Positions 42,031 to 55,066 are shown, numbered from the stretch's first letter. The stretch: DNA of 64,000 nt from Octopus vulgaris (GCA_951406725.2 OX597835.1:36828001-36892000); one strand, 5' to 3'. The notes: generated by a model from the letters alone, not told the origin. Numbers and translations are program-made.

Positions 42031-44801
42031 GTAAGGAATAATTATTAATATTGCTATTATTATTACAATTAAGGCAACAAATGGCAGAATTGTTTAAATG
42101 AACCACTACCCCATTATCACCCCACTTTCCTCAGTTTCTACAGCTGGATGCCCTTCCTAATGCCAACCACTATACAGTGTGTGCTGGGTGCTTTCACATG
42201 GCACCACCACAAGCACTTTTACATGGCACCACCACAAGTGCTTTAAACCATCAGAAGGATCAGTCTTAACACTTCTACTGTGGAGTACAGGTCTTCCTGA
42301 GTACCGCAAGGCGCCAAGTTTCTCGGTCCTTGAAACTTTTCAATACCTCGATGAAGGGGCAATACTGCCCACTTTGGGAACCACTGCTCCAATCCACTCA
42401 GCTTGCAAAAATGAATAATCCTGTGACAGGCCAACATGCCATCCAGCGGGTAAATATATAGGCCTTGAAACTGGGAAACAGGCCCTTATGAGTTAGTATG
42501 ACTTGAGAAGGTAACTTTACCTTTTTTACCCTTGTCTTTCTGGTCCTCAAGCACGTCTTTAGAGTGTCCTTATAACTGCCCATTTAAAGTATCAGAGTAG
42601 AAGCTGTATCATTGCACCATCTGAAACCATCTTTCTGGCAGTTGTTTGATCCCTTTGAGTTCTTGTCCTCTGAACAGTTGGCAGCCTTGGTGCCTGGCAC
42701 CAGAGCTAAGCTGACCATAGTAGAGGGCTGAAGGTAAGCAAGAGTCTTCCATGTGTACCACATGGCTAAACCATCTCAGCTGTGCTTTGTGAAAGAGACT
42801 CTCAATGCCAGGAATGATACACCTTGTCAGAACGTCTTTATTGGGGACTTTGTCCTACCACTTGATGATGCAAATCAAATGAAAGTAACAGAGATTGAAT
42901 GTATCTAGCCATTCAATATGGCACTTGGAAAGTATCCATGTTCCACAGGCATGTAAGGGAGGGGTGAGAGAGAGAGAGAGAGAGAAAGTACCATAGATAT
43001 ATAATCATCATCATCATCATCATTATTTAATATCCGTTATCCATGCTGGCATGGGTTGGACCAGAGCTGGCAAGCTGGGGAGCTGCACTAGACTCCAGTC
43101 TGATTTGGCATGGCTTCTACAGCAGGATGCCCTTCCTAATGCTAACCACTTTACAGAGTGTGCCGGGTGCTTTTACATGGCACTGCACAAGTGCCTTTGT
43201 GTGTCACCACACAGGCACTTTTGCATGTCGCTGCATGGACACTTTTACGTGACACCACCACAAGTGCTTTAAAACATTAGAAGGATCAGTCTTAACACTT
43301 CTACTGTGGAGTACAGGTCTTCCTGAGTACGGCAAAGCACCAAGTTTTTTGGTCCTTTGTCATCTCACCTGAGAGGTTCAGCATCCTGAGATTGTTCTTT
43401 AGTACTTGATCCCGTGTCTTCTTGGGTCTCTTCTAATGTGTTCCATCCACTTTGAGAGATTGGTGCTTCTTTATGGAGTTGTTAGCATCTACCCGCATGC
43501 ATATTTGTATATAAGTTGCTCTCTGATAAGAAAATTCTCTGTTCCAAGGGTGTCAAATCTTGCAAGAAACTCTGTATTAAGGACTTTGTGCTACCACTTG
43601 ATGATACAAAGTGAATGAAGATAACAAAGATGGAATGAATCTAGCCATTTGATATGGCACCTGTAGAGTATCTATGTTTTGCAACCATATAAAGGAGAGA
43701 CAAACCCTATAGCCTGACACACATTGATCTCTGTGGCCTGGCAGATATCATGATCTCTCCATAGTTTGTACCAGAGTCTATTTGAAACTGAGCTTGCCTT
43801 AAGCAATCACTGAGTGAATTCTTTGTCCAGTTAAGCATTGTTTGACAGGATGGTTTCCAGGCAAAGATGGCCTGGGGTTATACCACAGCATCAGTAGTAA
43901 CAACAGCAACATAACAACAACTGCAGGCTTCAAACGAATAAATCTCAATAAACGTCTGTTAGTTTTATCAGATAAAATTGGAAAGGCATTTGTACTATCT
44001 TCCATTATCTTCGCAGAGATCATTTGTTATCTCCATTGCTATAGTCATTATGATAATAATTATCACCATCTTAATCATCACCCTCCTCCTCAACATCATC
44101 ATCATCATCACCATCAGTATCATCATTATCATAAACAACATTTGTTTTGATACGCAGTGAAGTCTCTCTATATGTGTGTGTATTATACATACATGCATAC
44201 ATACAAATATTTTCCATTAGTGAGACTTAGGCTTTTAAAATCAGCATGAGAGTGTATGTGTATGTGTGCCTCTGTGTGTGTGTGTGTGTGTAAGTCAAGA
44301 GTGGTTATATATGATGAAATGTATATCTGTACATGTGATTGTGTTTGTAAATGTATGTATGTGTATATGCATACTGTTTTTGTGTCAAGTCATAATAAAA
44401 AACAATTTAACAATAAAATGATGAATTACTCATTAATTTTTGTAAAGTACTTTTACATTTCCTAAACTCTAAAAGTGAAATCTTTTGTTGCTGTCCTTAT
44501 GAAAAGAGATTTGTTTTGGCAACATGGTTGCCCTCTTTTTCAGTCTAGAGTACAACAAACATATAGACACGTACAGCCAATATCCTTAGACCACAACTGA
44601 CGTCATTCTAGTTGGAAACAACTTTTATTTTCTCTGCAGAAAATGTTATAACTTTTCATTTTAATTCTTATTTTTCTTATCATCACCAAAAGCAAACCAG
44701 GACAATATGTACCCCCGGCATAAAAGAGGCTTTGTGCATTTGGCCAGCATGTCTGAAGAGTTGTCAATATTGTGGTGGCAGTGGCGATGACATTTTGATG
44801 A

Positions 44802-44852
<51 letters not shown>

Positions 44853-44854
<2 letters not shown>

Positions 44855-45261
44855 TTTTACTCTTTTACTTGTTTCAGTCATTTGACTGCGGCCATGCTGG
44901 AGCACCGCCTTTAATCGAGCAACTCGACACCGGGACTTATTCTTTTGTAAGCCCAGTACTTATTCTATCGGTCTCTTTTGCCGAACCGCTAAGTAACAAG
45001 GACATAAACACAGACCAGCATCGATTGTCAAGCAATGCTAGGGGGACAAACACAGACACACAAACACACACACGCATATATATATATGCATATATACAGC
45101 GGGCTTCTTTCAGTTTCTGTCTACCAAATCCACTCACAAAGCTTTGGTCGGCCCGAGGCTATAGTAGAAGACACTTGCCCAAGGTACCATGCAATGGGAC
45201 TGAACCCGGAACCATGTGGTTGGTAAACAAGCTACTTACCACACAGCCACTCCTGCGCCTA
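44853..45261 (-). mobile_element. Family-A SINE
   Basis: Full-length match to the family. Confidence 0.88.
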
Positions 45262-45654
45262 CATATATGTATGTAAATGTAAGATCCAAGGATCCAAGTG
45301 TAGGAAGTTAGTAAGCTTTGAGCAGTCCGTAGAAGGTATAAAAAATAATGTTCAGGAACGATAGCAGTTATTGACGTAGAAGGCTGTAAATTTTTCCCTT
45401 ATCAAAGTTCAATAGGCTGAAAAAGGTTATTCTATAGTTCACAGTTAGCAGCTGGGGTTGCTCTGTGTGTGTGAATAAAAATCTAAATTTAGGGGATGGA
45501 GTAGGTATATTAGCAATAATTATGATGCTATAGAATATGGAGACTTGTTCATCCTCAAAATTTATTTCCTCTTATTTTACAGTTTTATACAACATGTTTT
45601 TAGGGTCTTCAGAAAGACCATAATAATATGCTCTATAAATATTGTTAATTATAT

Positions 45655-45972
45655 GGCACGTAAAAAGCACCATCTGTACGTGGTCGATGCCAGTGTCGCC
45701 TTGACTGGCTTCTGTGCTGGTGGCACGTAAAAAGCACCAACCGATCGTGGCCGTTGCCAGCCTCCCCTGGCACCTGTGCCAATGGCACGTAAAAGCACCC
45801 ACTACACTCACAGAGTGGTTGGTGTTAGGAAGGGCATCCAGCTGTAGAGACACTGCCAGATCAGACTGGAGTCGGGTGCAGCCTTCTGGCTTCCCAGACC
45901 CAGGTCGAACTGTCCAACCCATGCTAGTATGGAAAACGGACGTTAAACGATGATGATGATGATGATGATGAT
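45655..45972 (+). mobile_element. RTE 3' UTR fragment with (GAT)n tail, flanked by a long direct repeat
   Basis: Matches 23625-23943. TTAGGGTCTTCAGAAAGACC...AATTATATGG occurs on both sides. Similar 3' UTR fragments lie at about 30575, 37303, 41170, 46705, 54139 and 60335. Confidence 0.8.
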
Positions 45973-46149
45973 GTTATTAGGGTCTTCAGAAAGACCATAA
46001 TAATATGCTCTATAAATATTGTTAATTATATGGAAATAAAATTTGAGGTTGAACAAGTCTCCATATTCTATATCGTCATAATTAGTGCCAAAATATACTC
46101 CAGACAATATTACCGTCCAGTGAAGCGAACATGGAATTACACATCATAA

Positions 46150-46367
46150 CAGTGCTTTTCAAACTTTTTGCTGGAGCGGAACCCCAAGGAAACATTCCAC
46201 TGGCTTGAGGAACCCCTGTGCAATAATTTAATAGTCTTATGCACACATAAGGCGCAGGAGAATTAAAAATTACTGCCGATTTTAGCAGTTTTGTAACTTC
46301 TTGCAAAACCCCTTGACTGTACTGGTGGAACCCTAAGGTTCCGCGGAACCCTGGTTGAAAACCACTG
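46150..46367. mobile_element. hAT-like MITE with 8-bp TSD CATCATAA
   Basis: CAGTGCTTTTCAA / TTGAAAACCACTG TIRs; TSD at 46142-46149 and 46368-46375. Confidence 0.85.
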
Positions 46368-46881
46368 CATCATAAGAATATTCAGAGTGACTGTAAATTA
46401 TGTTCTCCCAGATGAAATAGAAAAAAATAATTCACTCATACATTTCATTGCTGGCTTGGTTTCTATGGCTTGATGTCCTACCAGCACCAACAACTTTACA
46501 GGATACTCGCAGCATTTATCATAGCACCAACACCATAGAGGTTGTAATGTTCTCAAGAAGACTAAAAATTCTCTTAACCCCAATATTTTACTGAGTGTAT
46601 TGGGAGTATTTAACTGTGATGCTTGAACTAGAGGTTACCATATCTTCAATAAAACTTCTTGACCATTCCCTTTCCCTGCTCACTAACCAATCATTTGACA
46701 GAATCATCATCATCATCATCATCATCGTTTAACGTCTGCTTTCCATGCTAGCATGGGTTAGACGATTTTGACTGAGGGCTGGTGAACCAGATGGCTGCAC
46801 CAGGCTCCAATCTTGATCTGGCAGAGTTTCTACAGCTGGATGCCCTTCCCAACCACTCCGAGAGTGTAGTGGGTGCTTTTT

Positions 46882-47570
46882 AGTGCTCAGGTGCACCACA
46901 ACTTGTCAAAAGTGCGTATAAAGCATATGCAGTAATGTACAAATGTCTGGAAAGCGAAGTGTATAAGTCAGATACATGCTTGCGTGTGTATGGAGGGGAG
47001 AAAATCAGGTGTAGTGTTGGCGAATCTCAGGAAGCATGGAAGTTTTGAAGGATGCAGTGCTCCGACAACTAACAACTGATGCTGTTTCCAAAAGTCTAAC
47101 AACTAACAATGTATCCAAAAGTCATGTGAGCTGTGCTGTTTTCAGACTTTGTAAACATGTTCACGGGTGTTAGACAGGTGGAGTTTGAAAAGGTGCTCAG
47201 AGTTATTGTTAGTAAGATGGTTAATCATTTTATTGGTGTCTGCCAAGTCAGTTGCCAGATGTCGGAGTTTCAATGTGTCCATGCCCAGGGAAGTAAGGTG
47301 TTCAGAATATGGCAAATGCCTAATGGAGGATATTCTCTTGGTTGCACTTTGCTGAACGGTTTCCAGATGATTTATATCTTGGGCAAGATAGGGGTTCCAG
47401 ACCAGTGATGCAAATTCCAGGTGAGGCTGTACCATAGCTATATAAAGCTTCATATAGATAGCCGGAGAGCAGCTCACAAAGGACTTGGTAAGTAATGCCA
47501 AGACACCCTCAGCCTTCTTGGCAATTTTAGCAATGTGTTTTGTCCAATGCAAATCGCTGGCTGGATTTAT
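46882..47570 (-). pseudogene. CR1-clade LINE 3' fragment (RT C-terminus + 3' UTR)
   Basis: W.KHI..I.KKA..VL..L.KSF...LY..MV.PHLE...VWNP.L..DI..LE.VQ..ATK. Confidence 0.85.
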
Positions 47571-48471
47571 AGTGTCACTGACAACGATAATCCTTTCTAC
47601 TATAGGCATATGTCTTAAATATTGGGGAGGGAACCAGTCGATTAGATCGACCTCAGAATGCAAGTGGGGCTTAATTTATCGACCAAGAAAGGATGAAAAC
47701 CAAAAGTCAACCTCAGTGGAATTTGAACTCAGAACATAGCGCCACTGATAACAATATTGATAATGCCTTATAAGCTGTCATTTATTTGTGTCTTAGCAGT
47801 GGGGGTTCTATTTGTCCTTTATGAACATTATGTCCCATGATTTTGGGGTGTTAAAATTCATCGAAAAAAGGACCTTACTGGGTCAAATAAAGTGAGGGTC
47901 AGCATGATGAAGGGCATCTTGCCCCAGAATACTGTTGACTCGACAATTTTCACTGAACCCTTTCCAGCCTGGGAAGCAACATAAAACCAAAGGTGGTGAC
48001 TATGACACTGTTGAGAATGATGATGATGATATTGATGATCACTATGACAATGATGGTAATGACAATGGTAGCGGTGAGAGTGGCGATGATGATGAAGATG
48101 AAGATGATCTTTACAATCCGCCTTTCTTACACCACTTGGCAATACTCACTATAGAAATATATATGTCTAATTAATCTTCTCTCTACCTCTCCTCCCTGTC
48201 TCCCCCCTCTCTCTCTTTTTGTTTCAGTCTATTGGTTTTTTTTCCCTCTTTCATTCTCATTCTCAGAATATGACATGTCTCTTTGTTGTATATGTGTAGT
48301 ATGCATGTGGTACACACACACACATATATATATACCTGTGTATGGGTTTGTGTGGATGTGCGCGCGTGCATGTGTGCGAGCATATACGTATAAATATAAG
48401 TATATATATACATTTATACACACTGTCATGCACACACATATATATGTATATATGTATATATATAATTTATA

Positions 48472-48516
<45 letters not shown>

Positions 48517-48588
48517 TACATGTATTTGTATATATGTGTGTATATAAATATGTATGTATATATCTATATATATCTATATATATGTATG

Positions 48589-48664
<76 letters not shown>

Positions 48665-48919
48665 TATATATATATATATATATATATATGTTTATATATA
48701 TATATACATAATATATATATAAAATATATATTTATACATTTATATATATATACATATTTGTGTGTGAGTATGTATATGTATACACATGCTTATATACACA
48801 TCACTACATACACGCATGCATGCAAACGCACACTCTCACATACATACACAAATATGTATGCATATATACACACACATATATATATATATATATGTATGTA
48901 TATGTATATATGTGTGTGA

Positions 48920-48967
<48 letters not shown>

Positions 48968-49515
48968 ACATACACATATGTATGCATGCACACATTGATG
49001 TATTTATGTGTACATGTGTGTGTGAGTGTGAGTGTCTGTGTGTGTGTGTGTGTGCATTTAATTTGCCAGCTACAGAGAGAGAAGAAACAGAAAAATGCTG
49101 CATAATGGATAAAAAGCATAAAGCCTAAAGCCGACTGCAAAGACTAAATCCTCGGCAGCAACTAACTCGTATAAAACAAAATATTCATCGCTGCAGAGTT
49201 GGAGCGATTGCAGCTGCTGTACCCGGTTTGGTGCAGTGACTGCATGCATAGACATAGATAACGGTGGTGGTGGTGGAAGTGAGGTGGGGGTAGAAGTGTG
49301 CTACAGTCTGGGCCAACAGAGAACCTGGACATTCTGGAGTTGAATCAATGCGGCTTGGCAGTGTTGTGGTGATGGTGATGGTGGTGGTGGTGGTTTGGAG
49401 GTGGTGGTGGTAAGTGTTACGGAGGTGGGGTTGTTGATCTCCAGTCGAGAGCTGATAAAAAAGTACCGTCCCGCAGCAGTGCAAGCTGTAACCGAGTAGC
49501 AATAACGATGGTAGC

Positions 49516-49552
<37 letters not shown>

Positions 49553-49561
49553 GTAATGATT

Positions 49562-49597
<36 letters not shown>

Positions 49598-49823
49598 GTA
49601 ATGATTATGATGGTGGTGATGGTGGCAGCAGCGGTGGTGTTGCTACTGCTGCTGCTGCTCTTGACACCTGTTTCTTGTACTTTTTCAGACTCCCTATGTG
49701 TTCACATATATACATTCACATTTATCTATGTATATATATATATAATTGCAGCGTGGGAGGTGTTTATAAGCCATTTAAGAAACACACAAAAGCCGTTCGA
49801 TTCACTCCAACATTTGAGTTTAA

Positions 49824-49873
49824 TTTGTCAAAATATTTTCGTCGCTAAAATCCGCGACCTGTTCACTGACAAA
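49824..49873 (-). ncRNA. Minimal type I hammerhead, G3:C8 variant (left arm)
   Basis: Reverse complement of 53783-53832. Confidence 0.75.
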
Positions 49874-50837
49874 GTCCGTGCTGCATCTAAGAAAGTAACA
49901 GTTAGTTCGTCATATATATGTATGTACGTATGTATGTGTGTATGTACGCATACATGTGTGTATGTATGTACGTATTCATGTCCGCACATACGCCTGTGTA
50001 TGCATGTATGTATGTATGTATGTATATATGTATGTGTGTGTATAAGCACGCACATACACTCTATAAAACATAAAGTTATAAACCTGTAGCGATGGATGGA
50101 TGTAGAGTGACCACTCATCACAACGCTATCAAATTTCAACTCCCTACGGCCGAGGCTAGAAAGTGAATTTATGACGCTTGCTCACAAGAACTATACCCTC
50201 AAATCTATTATCAGATTTTTATCTCTATATCACAGAACTAATGTTTTACTATTGTTCGTATGTATGTATGTATGTATGTGCGTATGTATGTATGTATGTA
50301 TGTATGTATGTATGTATGTATGTATGTATGTACATACGTACGCATGTGCGTATGTATGTATACGCGCCCGTATGCATGTGCCCATGTATGTGTGTGTGTA
50401 CATGTACGTGCGTATGTACGTGTGTATGCCCATACGTAGGTATGTATGTATGTTTGTATTCATGTGCTACGTATGTATGTGAGTGTCTAGGAGAATGGGC
50501 AGATGTGTCCGTGAGAGTGTGTACATGTGTATGTGTATGTGAACGTATGTCCGTGTACTGGCATGTGTCCGTCCAAGTTGTGTACATGACTGTTACTTAG
50601 CTGAAGGTTGTATACATATTTACATATATGTTTGTATAGACGCACACACATATATATATATGTGTGTGGGTGTGTGTTTGTTCCTCTCATCGTCGTCTAA
50701 CCGTGAATGGGTACAACGCCTAGGTGCGACTGTTCGTATCAAACAACGTCTGCTCATACCGTTGTATATAACTGCACATACGCATTGCAACCTGTATGTA
50801 AGGACTACAGGTGAAAGGGAGAGAGAGAGAGGGGTGG

Positions 50838-51737
50838 TTATAGAATAGTCCTTCTGAATGGGATCTGGATGTTATTCCATTCGGACTTTCGGTTGAGAGT
50901 AGGTTTGTATTCTTGTATACAAACAGCTTCTGTGACCTGTCTCAACATTGCATCGGTGGGATGTGTAGATAGGATGTTCAACTTAAGCTCCCCTAAGGAT
51001 CCCTTGTGGCAGTCTACAGCATGTTGGTAGAAGATGGAGTTTGGCTTCCTTTCAATGTAGTTGTCCAGGTGTTCTTTGAACCTATCATTGATGCTTCTAG
51101 AGGTCTCACCTATGTATGACTCCGGGTTAGCCGCGCAAGCTCCCTCCTGGCACTTAATCTGGTATACAGTGCCCTTGGTTTTACAATTTACGTGTGGATT
51201 TGTCGAACACACTGCACAATTACTCTGACAGGTGATTCTATCAAATGGATATGATCTGCATAATGCCGATTTGATAGTCCTACCTGTCTTTTCTACAACT
51301 TTAACTTTTAGGCCCGTAGTGCGCAGGACTTTCTTGAATGCCTTACTTAGCTCGTTCATAGGTGTGGCGTCAACGAACATCACTCCGTGAAATCTCCTGT
51401 TATCGTACCAAGTAACGTTTCTCATCTTTTTGTTGGTGTCCCTCTCTAACCTATTCCAGAACTTGTTGCGGTACAGGGGGCATATACCGTTTTCGTCGTT
51501 CCCTAGAATGCGTTCGAATCTAGCTTTCGCTCCTTTGTACACCCTGACTCTATCGTCTTGTGTGTATCCGGAACGTTGCATTCGGAATATGTAGTGCTGG
51601 ATGTGTTGTTGTCGTTCTTGTGGTTGGCATAGTGGTGATACATTCCTCATTACTCTAACTAAGTCTGCCACTAGGATGTTGAGTTTGGCAGTATCCGACA
51701 CAGCTGAGTCACTACGGATTACTAGTGGATTAGCCAT
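50838..51737 (-). CDS. PLE C-terminal fragment: RT thumb + Cys-rich linker + GIY-YIG endonuclease (Naiad-like by motif)
   Basis: (HYQKP)MANPLVI..., C...CAVC...NCKTKGTVYQIKC...YIGETSRS...RF.EH...RQVTEAV.I....P.LN.K.EW. Confidence 0.85.
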   Translation of the reverse strand: MANPLVIRSDSAVSDTAKLNILVADLVRVMRNVSPLCQPQERQQHIQHYIFRMQRSGYTQDDRVRVYKGAKARFERILGNDENGICPLYRNKFWNRLERDTNKKMRNVTWYDNRRFHGVMFVDATPMNELSKAFKKVLRTTGLKVKVVEKTGRTIKSALCRSYPFDRITCQSNCAVCSTNPHVNCKTKGTVYQIKCQEGACAANPESYIGETSRSINDRFKEHLDNYIERKPNSIFYQHAVDCHKGSLGELKLNILSTHPTDAMLRQVTEAVCIQEYKPTLNRKSEWNNIQIPFRRTIL

Positions 51738-51915
51738 CGGTTTCTGATAGTGTGAGTGGAGTATACATGGTTTAATGTGAGTTTAGTGTGAGTGGAGTAT
51801 ACATGGTTTAATGGTACCATTAACTATAGTTAATGGTACCATTAAACCATGTATACTCCACTCACACTAAACTCACATTAAACCATGTATACTCCACTCA
51901 CACTATCAGAAACCG

Positions 51916-52815
51916 ATGGCTAATCCACTAGTAATCCGTAGTGACTCAGCTGTGTCGGATACTGCCAAACTCAACATCCTAGTGGCAGACTTAGTTAGAG
52001 TAATGAGGAATGTATCACCACTATGCCAACCACAAGAACGACAACAACACATCCAGCACTACATATTCCGAATGCAACGTTCCGGATACACACAAGACGA
52101 TAGAGTCAGGGTGTACAAAGGAGCGAAAGCTAGATTCGAACGCATTCTAGGGAACGACGAAAACGGTATATGCCCCCTGTACCGCAACAAGTTCTGGAAT
52201 AGGTTAGAGAGGGACACCAACAAAAAGATGAGAAACGTTACTTGGTACGATAACAGGAGATTTCACGGAGTGATGTTCGTTGACGCCACACCTATGAACG
52301 AGCTAAGTAAGGCATTCAAGAAAGTCCTGCGCACTACGGGCCTAAAAGTTAAAGTTGTAGAAAAGACAGGTAGGACTATCAAATCGGCATTATGCAGATC
52401 ATATCCATTTGATAGAATCACCTGTCAGAGTAATTGTGCAGTGTGTTCGACAAATCCACACGTAAATTGTAAAACCAAGGGCACTGTATACCAGATTAAG
52501 TGCCAGGAGGGAGCTTGCGCGGCTAACCCGGAGTCATACATAGGTGAGACCTCTAGAAGCATCAATGATAGGTTCAAAGAACACCTGGACAACTACATTG
52601 AAAGGAAGCCAAACTCCATCTTCTACCAACATGCTGTAGACTGCCACAAGGGATCCTTAGGGGAGCTTAAGTTGAACATCCTATCTACACATCCCACCGA
52701 TGCAATGTTGAGACAGGTCACAGAAGCTGTTTGTATACAAGAATACAAACCTACTCTCAACCGAAAGTCCGAATGGAATAACATCCAGATCCCATTCAGA
52801 AGGACTATTCTATAA
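51916..52815 (+). CDS. PLE C-terminal fragment: RT thumb + Cys-rich linker + GIY-YIG endonuclease (identical second copy)
   Basis: Same 299-aa translation as 50838-51737; uninterrupted frame; the RT catalytic core is absent. Confidence 0.85.
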   Translation: MANPLVIRSDSAVSDTAKLNILVADLVRVMRNVSPLCQPQERQQHIQHYIFRMQRSGYTQDDRVRVYKGAKARFERILGNDENGICPLYRNKFWNRLERDTNKKMRNVTWYDNRRFHGVMFVDATPMNELSKAFKKVLRTTGLKVKVVEKTGRTIKSALCRSYPFDRITCQSNCAVCSTNPHVNCKTKGTVYQIKCQEGACAANPESYIGETSRSINDRFKEHLDNYIERKPNSIFYQHAVDCHKGSLGELKLNILSTHPTDAMLRQVTEAVCIQEYKPTLNRKSEWNNIQIPFRRTIL

Positions 52816-53782
52816 CCACCCCCTCTCTCTCTCCCTTTCACCTGTAGTCCTTACATACAGGTTGCAATGCGTATGTGCAGTTATATACAACGGTATGAGC
52901 AGACGTTGTTTGATACGAACAGTCGCACCTAGGCGTTGTACCCATTCACGGTTAGACGACGATGAGAGGAACAAACACACACCCACACACATATATATAT
53001 ATGTGTGTGCGTCTATACAAACATATATGTAAATATGTATACAACCTTCAGCTAAGTAACAGTCATGTACACAACTTGGACGGACACATGCCAGTACACG
53101 GACATACGTTCACATACACATACACATGTACACACTCTCACGGACACATCTGCCCATTCTCCTAGACACTCACATACATACGTAGCACATGAATACAAAC
53201 ATACATACATACCTACGTATGGGCATACACACGTACATACGCACGTACATGTACACACACACATACATGGGCACATGCATACGGGCGCGTATACATACAT
53301 ACGCACATGCGTACGTATGTACATACATACATACATACATACATACATACATACATACATACATACATACATACGCACATACATACATACATACATACGA
53401 ACAATAGTAAAACATTAGTTCTGTGATATAGAGATAAAAATCTGATAATAGATTTGAGGGTATAGTTCTTGTGAGCAAGCGTCATAAATTCACTTTCTAG
53501 CCTCGGCCGTAGGGAGTTGAAATTTGATAGCGTTGTGATGAGTGGTCACTCTACATCCATCCATCGCTACAGGTTTATAACTTTATGTTTTATAGAGTGT
53601 ATGTGCGTGCTTATACACACACATACATATATACATACATACATACATACATGCATACACAGGCGTATGTGCGGACATGAATACGTACATACATACACAC
53701 ATGTATGCGTACATACACACATACATACGTACATACATATATATGACGAACTAACTGTTACTTTCTTAGATGCAGCACGGAC

Positions 53783-53832
53783 TTTGTCAGTGAACAGGTC
53801 GCGGATTTTAGCGACGAAAATATTTTGACAAA
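53783..53832 (+). ncRNA. Minimal type I hammerhead, G3:C8 variant (right arm, 3' pLTR)
   Basis: TTTGTCA-GTGAACA-G-GTCGC-GGATTTTA-GCGAC-GAAA-ATAT-TT-TGACAAA, sense to the ORF. Confidence 0.78.
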
Positions 53833-53969
53833 TTAAACTCAAATGTTGGAGTGAATCGAACGGCTTTTGTGTGTTTCTTAAATGGCTTATAAACACCTCC
53901 CACGCTGCAATTGTTTTCGTTTCAGCACACGATCTCAGATCAAATTACTTGCTATGCGAGTACATCTCC

Positions 53970-54027
<58 letters not shown>

Positions 54028-54057
54028 GTGTATATATATATATTTATATATATGTAT

Positions 54058-54139
<82 letters not shown>

Positions 54140-54278
54140 ACCCATGCTAGCATGGAAAACGGACGTTAAACGATCATGATGATATATATATATATACATA
54201 TATATATATAACCCATGCCCGTCCAACCCATGCTAGCATAAATATATATATATACGATGATATATGATGATTATGATG

Positions 54279-54351
<73 letters not shown>

Positions 54352-54379
54352 CAATATATATACATATATATACATACAC

Positions 54380-54600
54380 ATGACAGAATGCTGAAAAGTT
54401 CCTGGCTTTGGGTAAAAGGAAAAAACAGGTGGATCAGTTAATTATTATTTTTTTCAACTTATTCCCCTCTCATAGTCACACACTTATTGCAGTGGTCCTT
54501 CAGTTTTTCTAAGCCCTGTAAAAGAACTGGTAAGGTTGGATCTCCAGCAAGGCCTTTTTCAATGCCCTTAAAACCAGGAATTTTCAGTCCACCCCCACCC
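54380..54600 (-). pseudogene. Mariner-like 3' end remnant / MITE
   Basis: GLEKL.DHCNKCV.MRGE resembles a mariner transposase C-terminus; TIR-like CTGAAAAGTTCCTGGCTTT. Confidence 0.55.
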
Positions 54601-54628
54601 TCTTGTGTGTGTGCATGTGTGTGTGTAA

Positions 54629-54664
<36 letters not shown>

Positions 54665-54970
54665 TGTGATCACGTGACCGACCAGGCTATCAGATGTTGT
54701 TACACATCGCTGGTCACAAGGCACTTCACATTGTTTTAGCTTTCAAAAGACACCACCCTGCTGGCTAAGCGAGCAGGCCAACAGAAGAAAGAAAGAGCGA
54801 AAGTTGTGGTGAAAGAGTACAGCAGGGATTGCCACCACCCCCTGCGGGAGCCTCATGGACCTTTAGGTGTTTTCGCTCAATAAACACTCACAACGCCCGG
54901 TCTGGGAATCGAAACCGCAATTCTACAACCGCAAGTCCGCTGCCCTAACCACTGGGCCATTGCGCCTCCA
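54665..54970 (-). mobile_element. tRNA-derived SINE, family B
   Basis: Head is the reverse complement of 4421-4600. Confidence 0.85.
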
Positions 54971-55013
54971 CACATATACATACATACATACATACATACA
55001 TACATACATACAT

Positions 55014-55066
<53 letters not shown>

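Larger units (their letters stand above)
49744..53970. mobile_element. 4.2-kb spacer-less palindromic Penelope-like insertion (arms 49744-51826 and 51827-53912, plus a 58-nt tail)
   Basis: Identical 299-aa ORFs on opposite strands symmetric about 51826/51827; arms differ only in microsatellite lengths; (TA)n flanks. Confidence 0.93.

Noticed and set aside
40484-44150. Similar short peptides at 40484-40650 and 43890-44050 as paralogous exons
   Set aside because: A frameshift separates the copies, they are embedded in (GAT)n, and no splice signals or known domain are evident.
49744-53912. Palindrome as a pure sequencing fold-back artefact
   Set aside because: Not favoured: the flanks differ, the arms differ in microsatellite length, and an independent copy at 19549 has the same asymmetry. 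Raw reads are still needed to exclude it.
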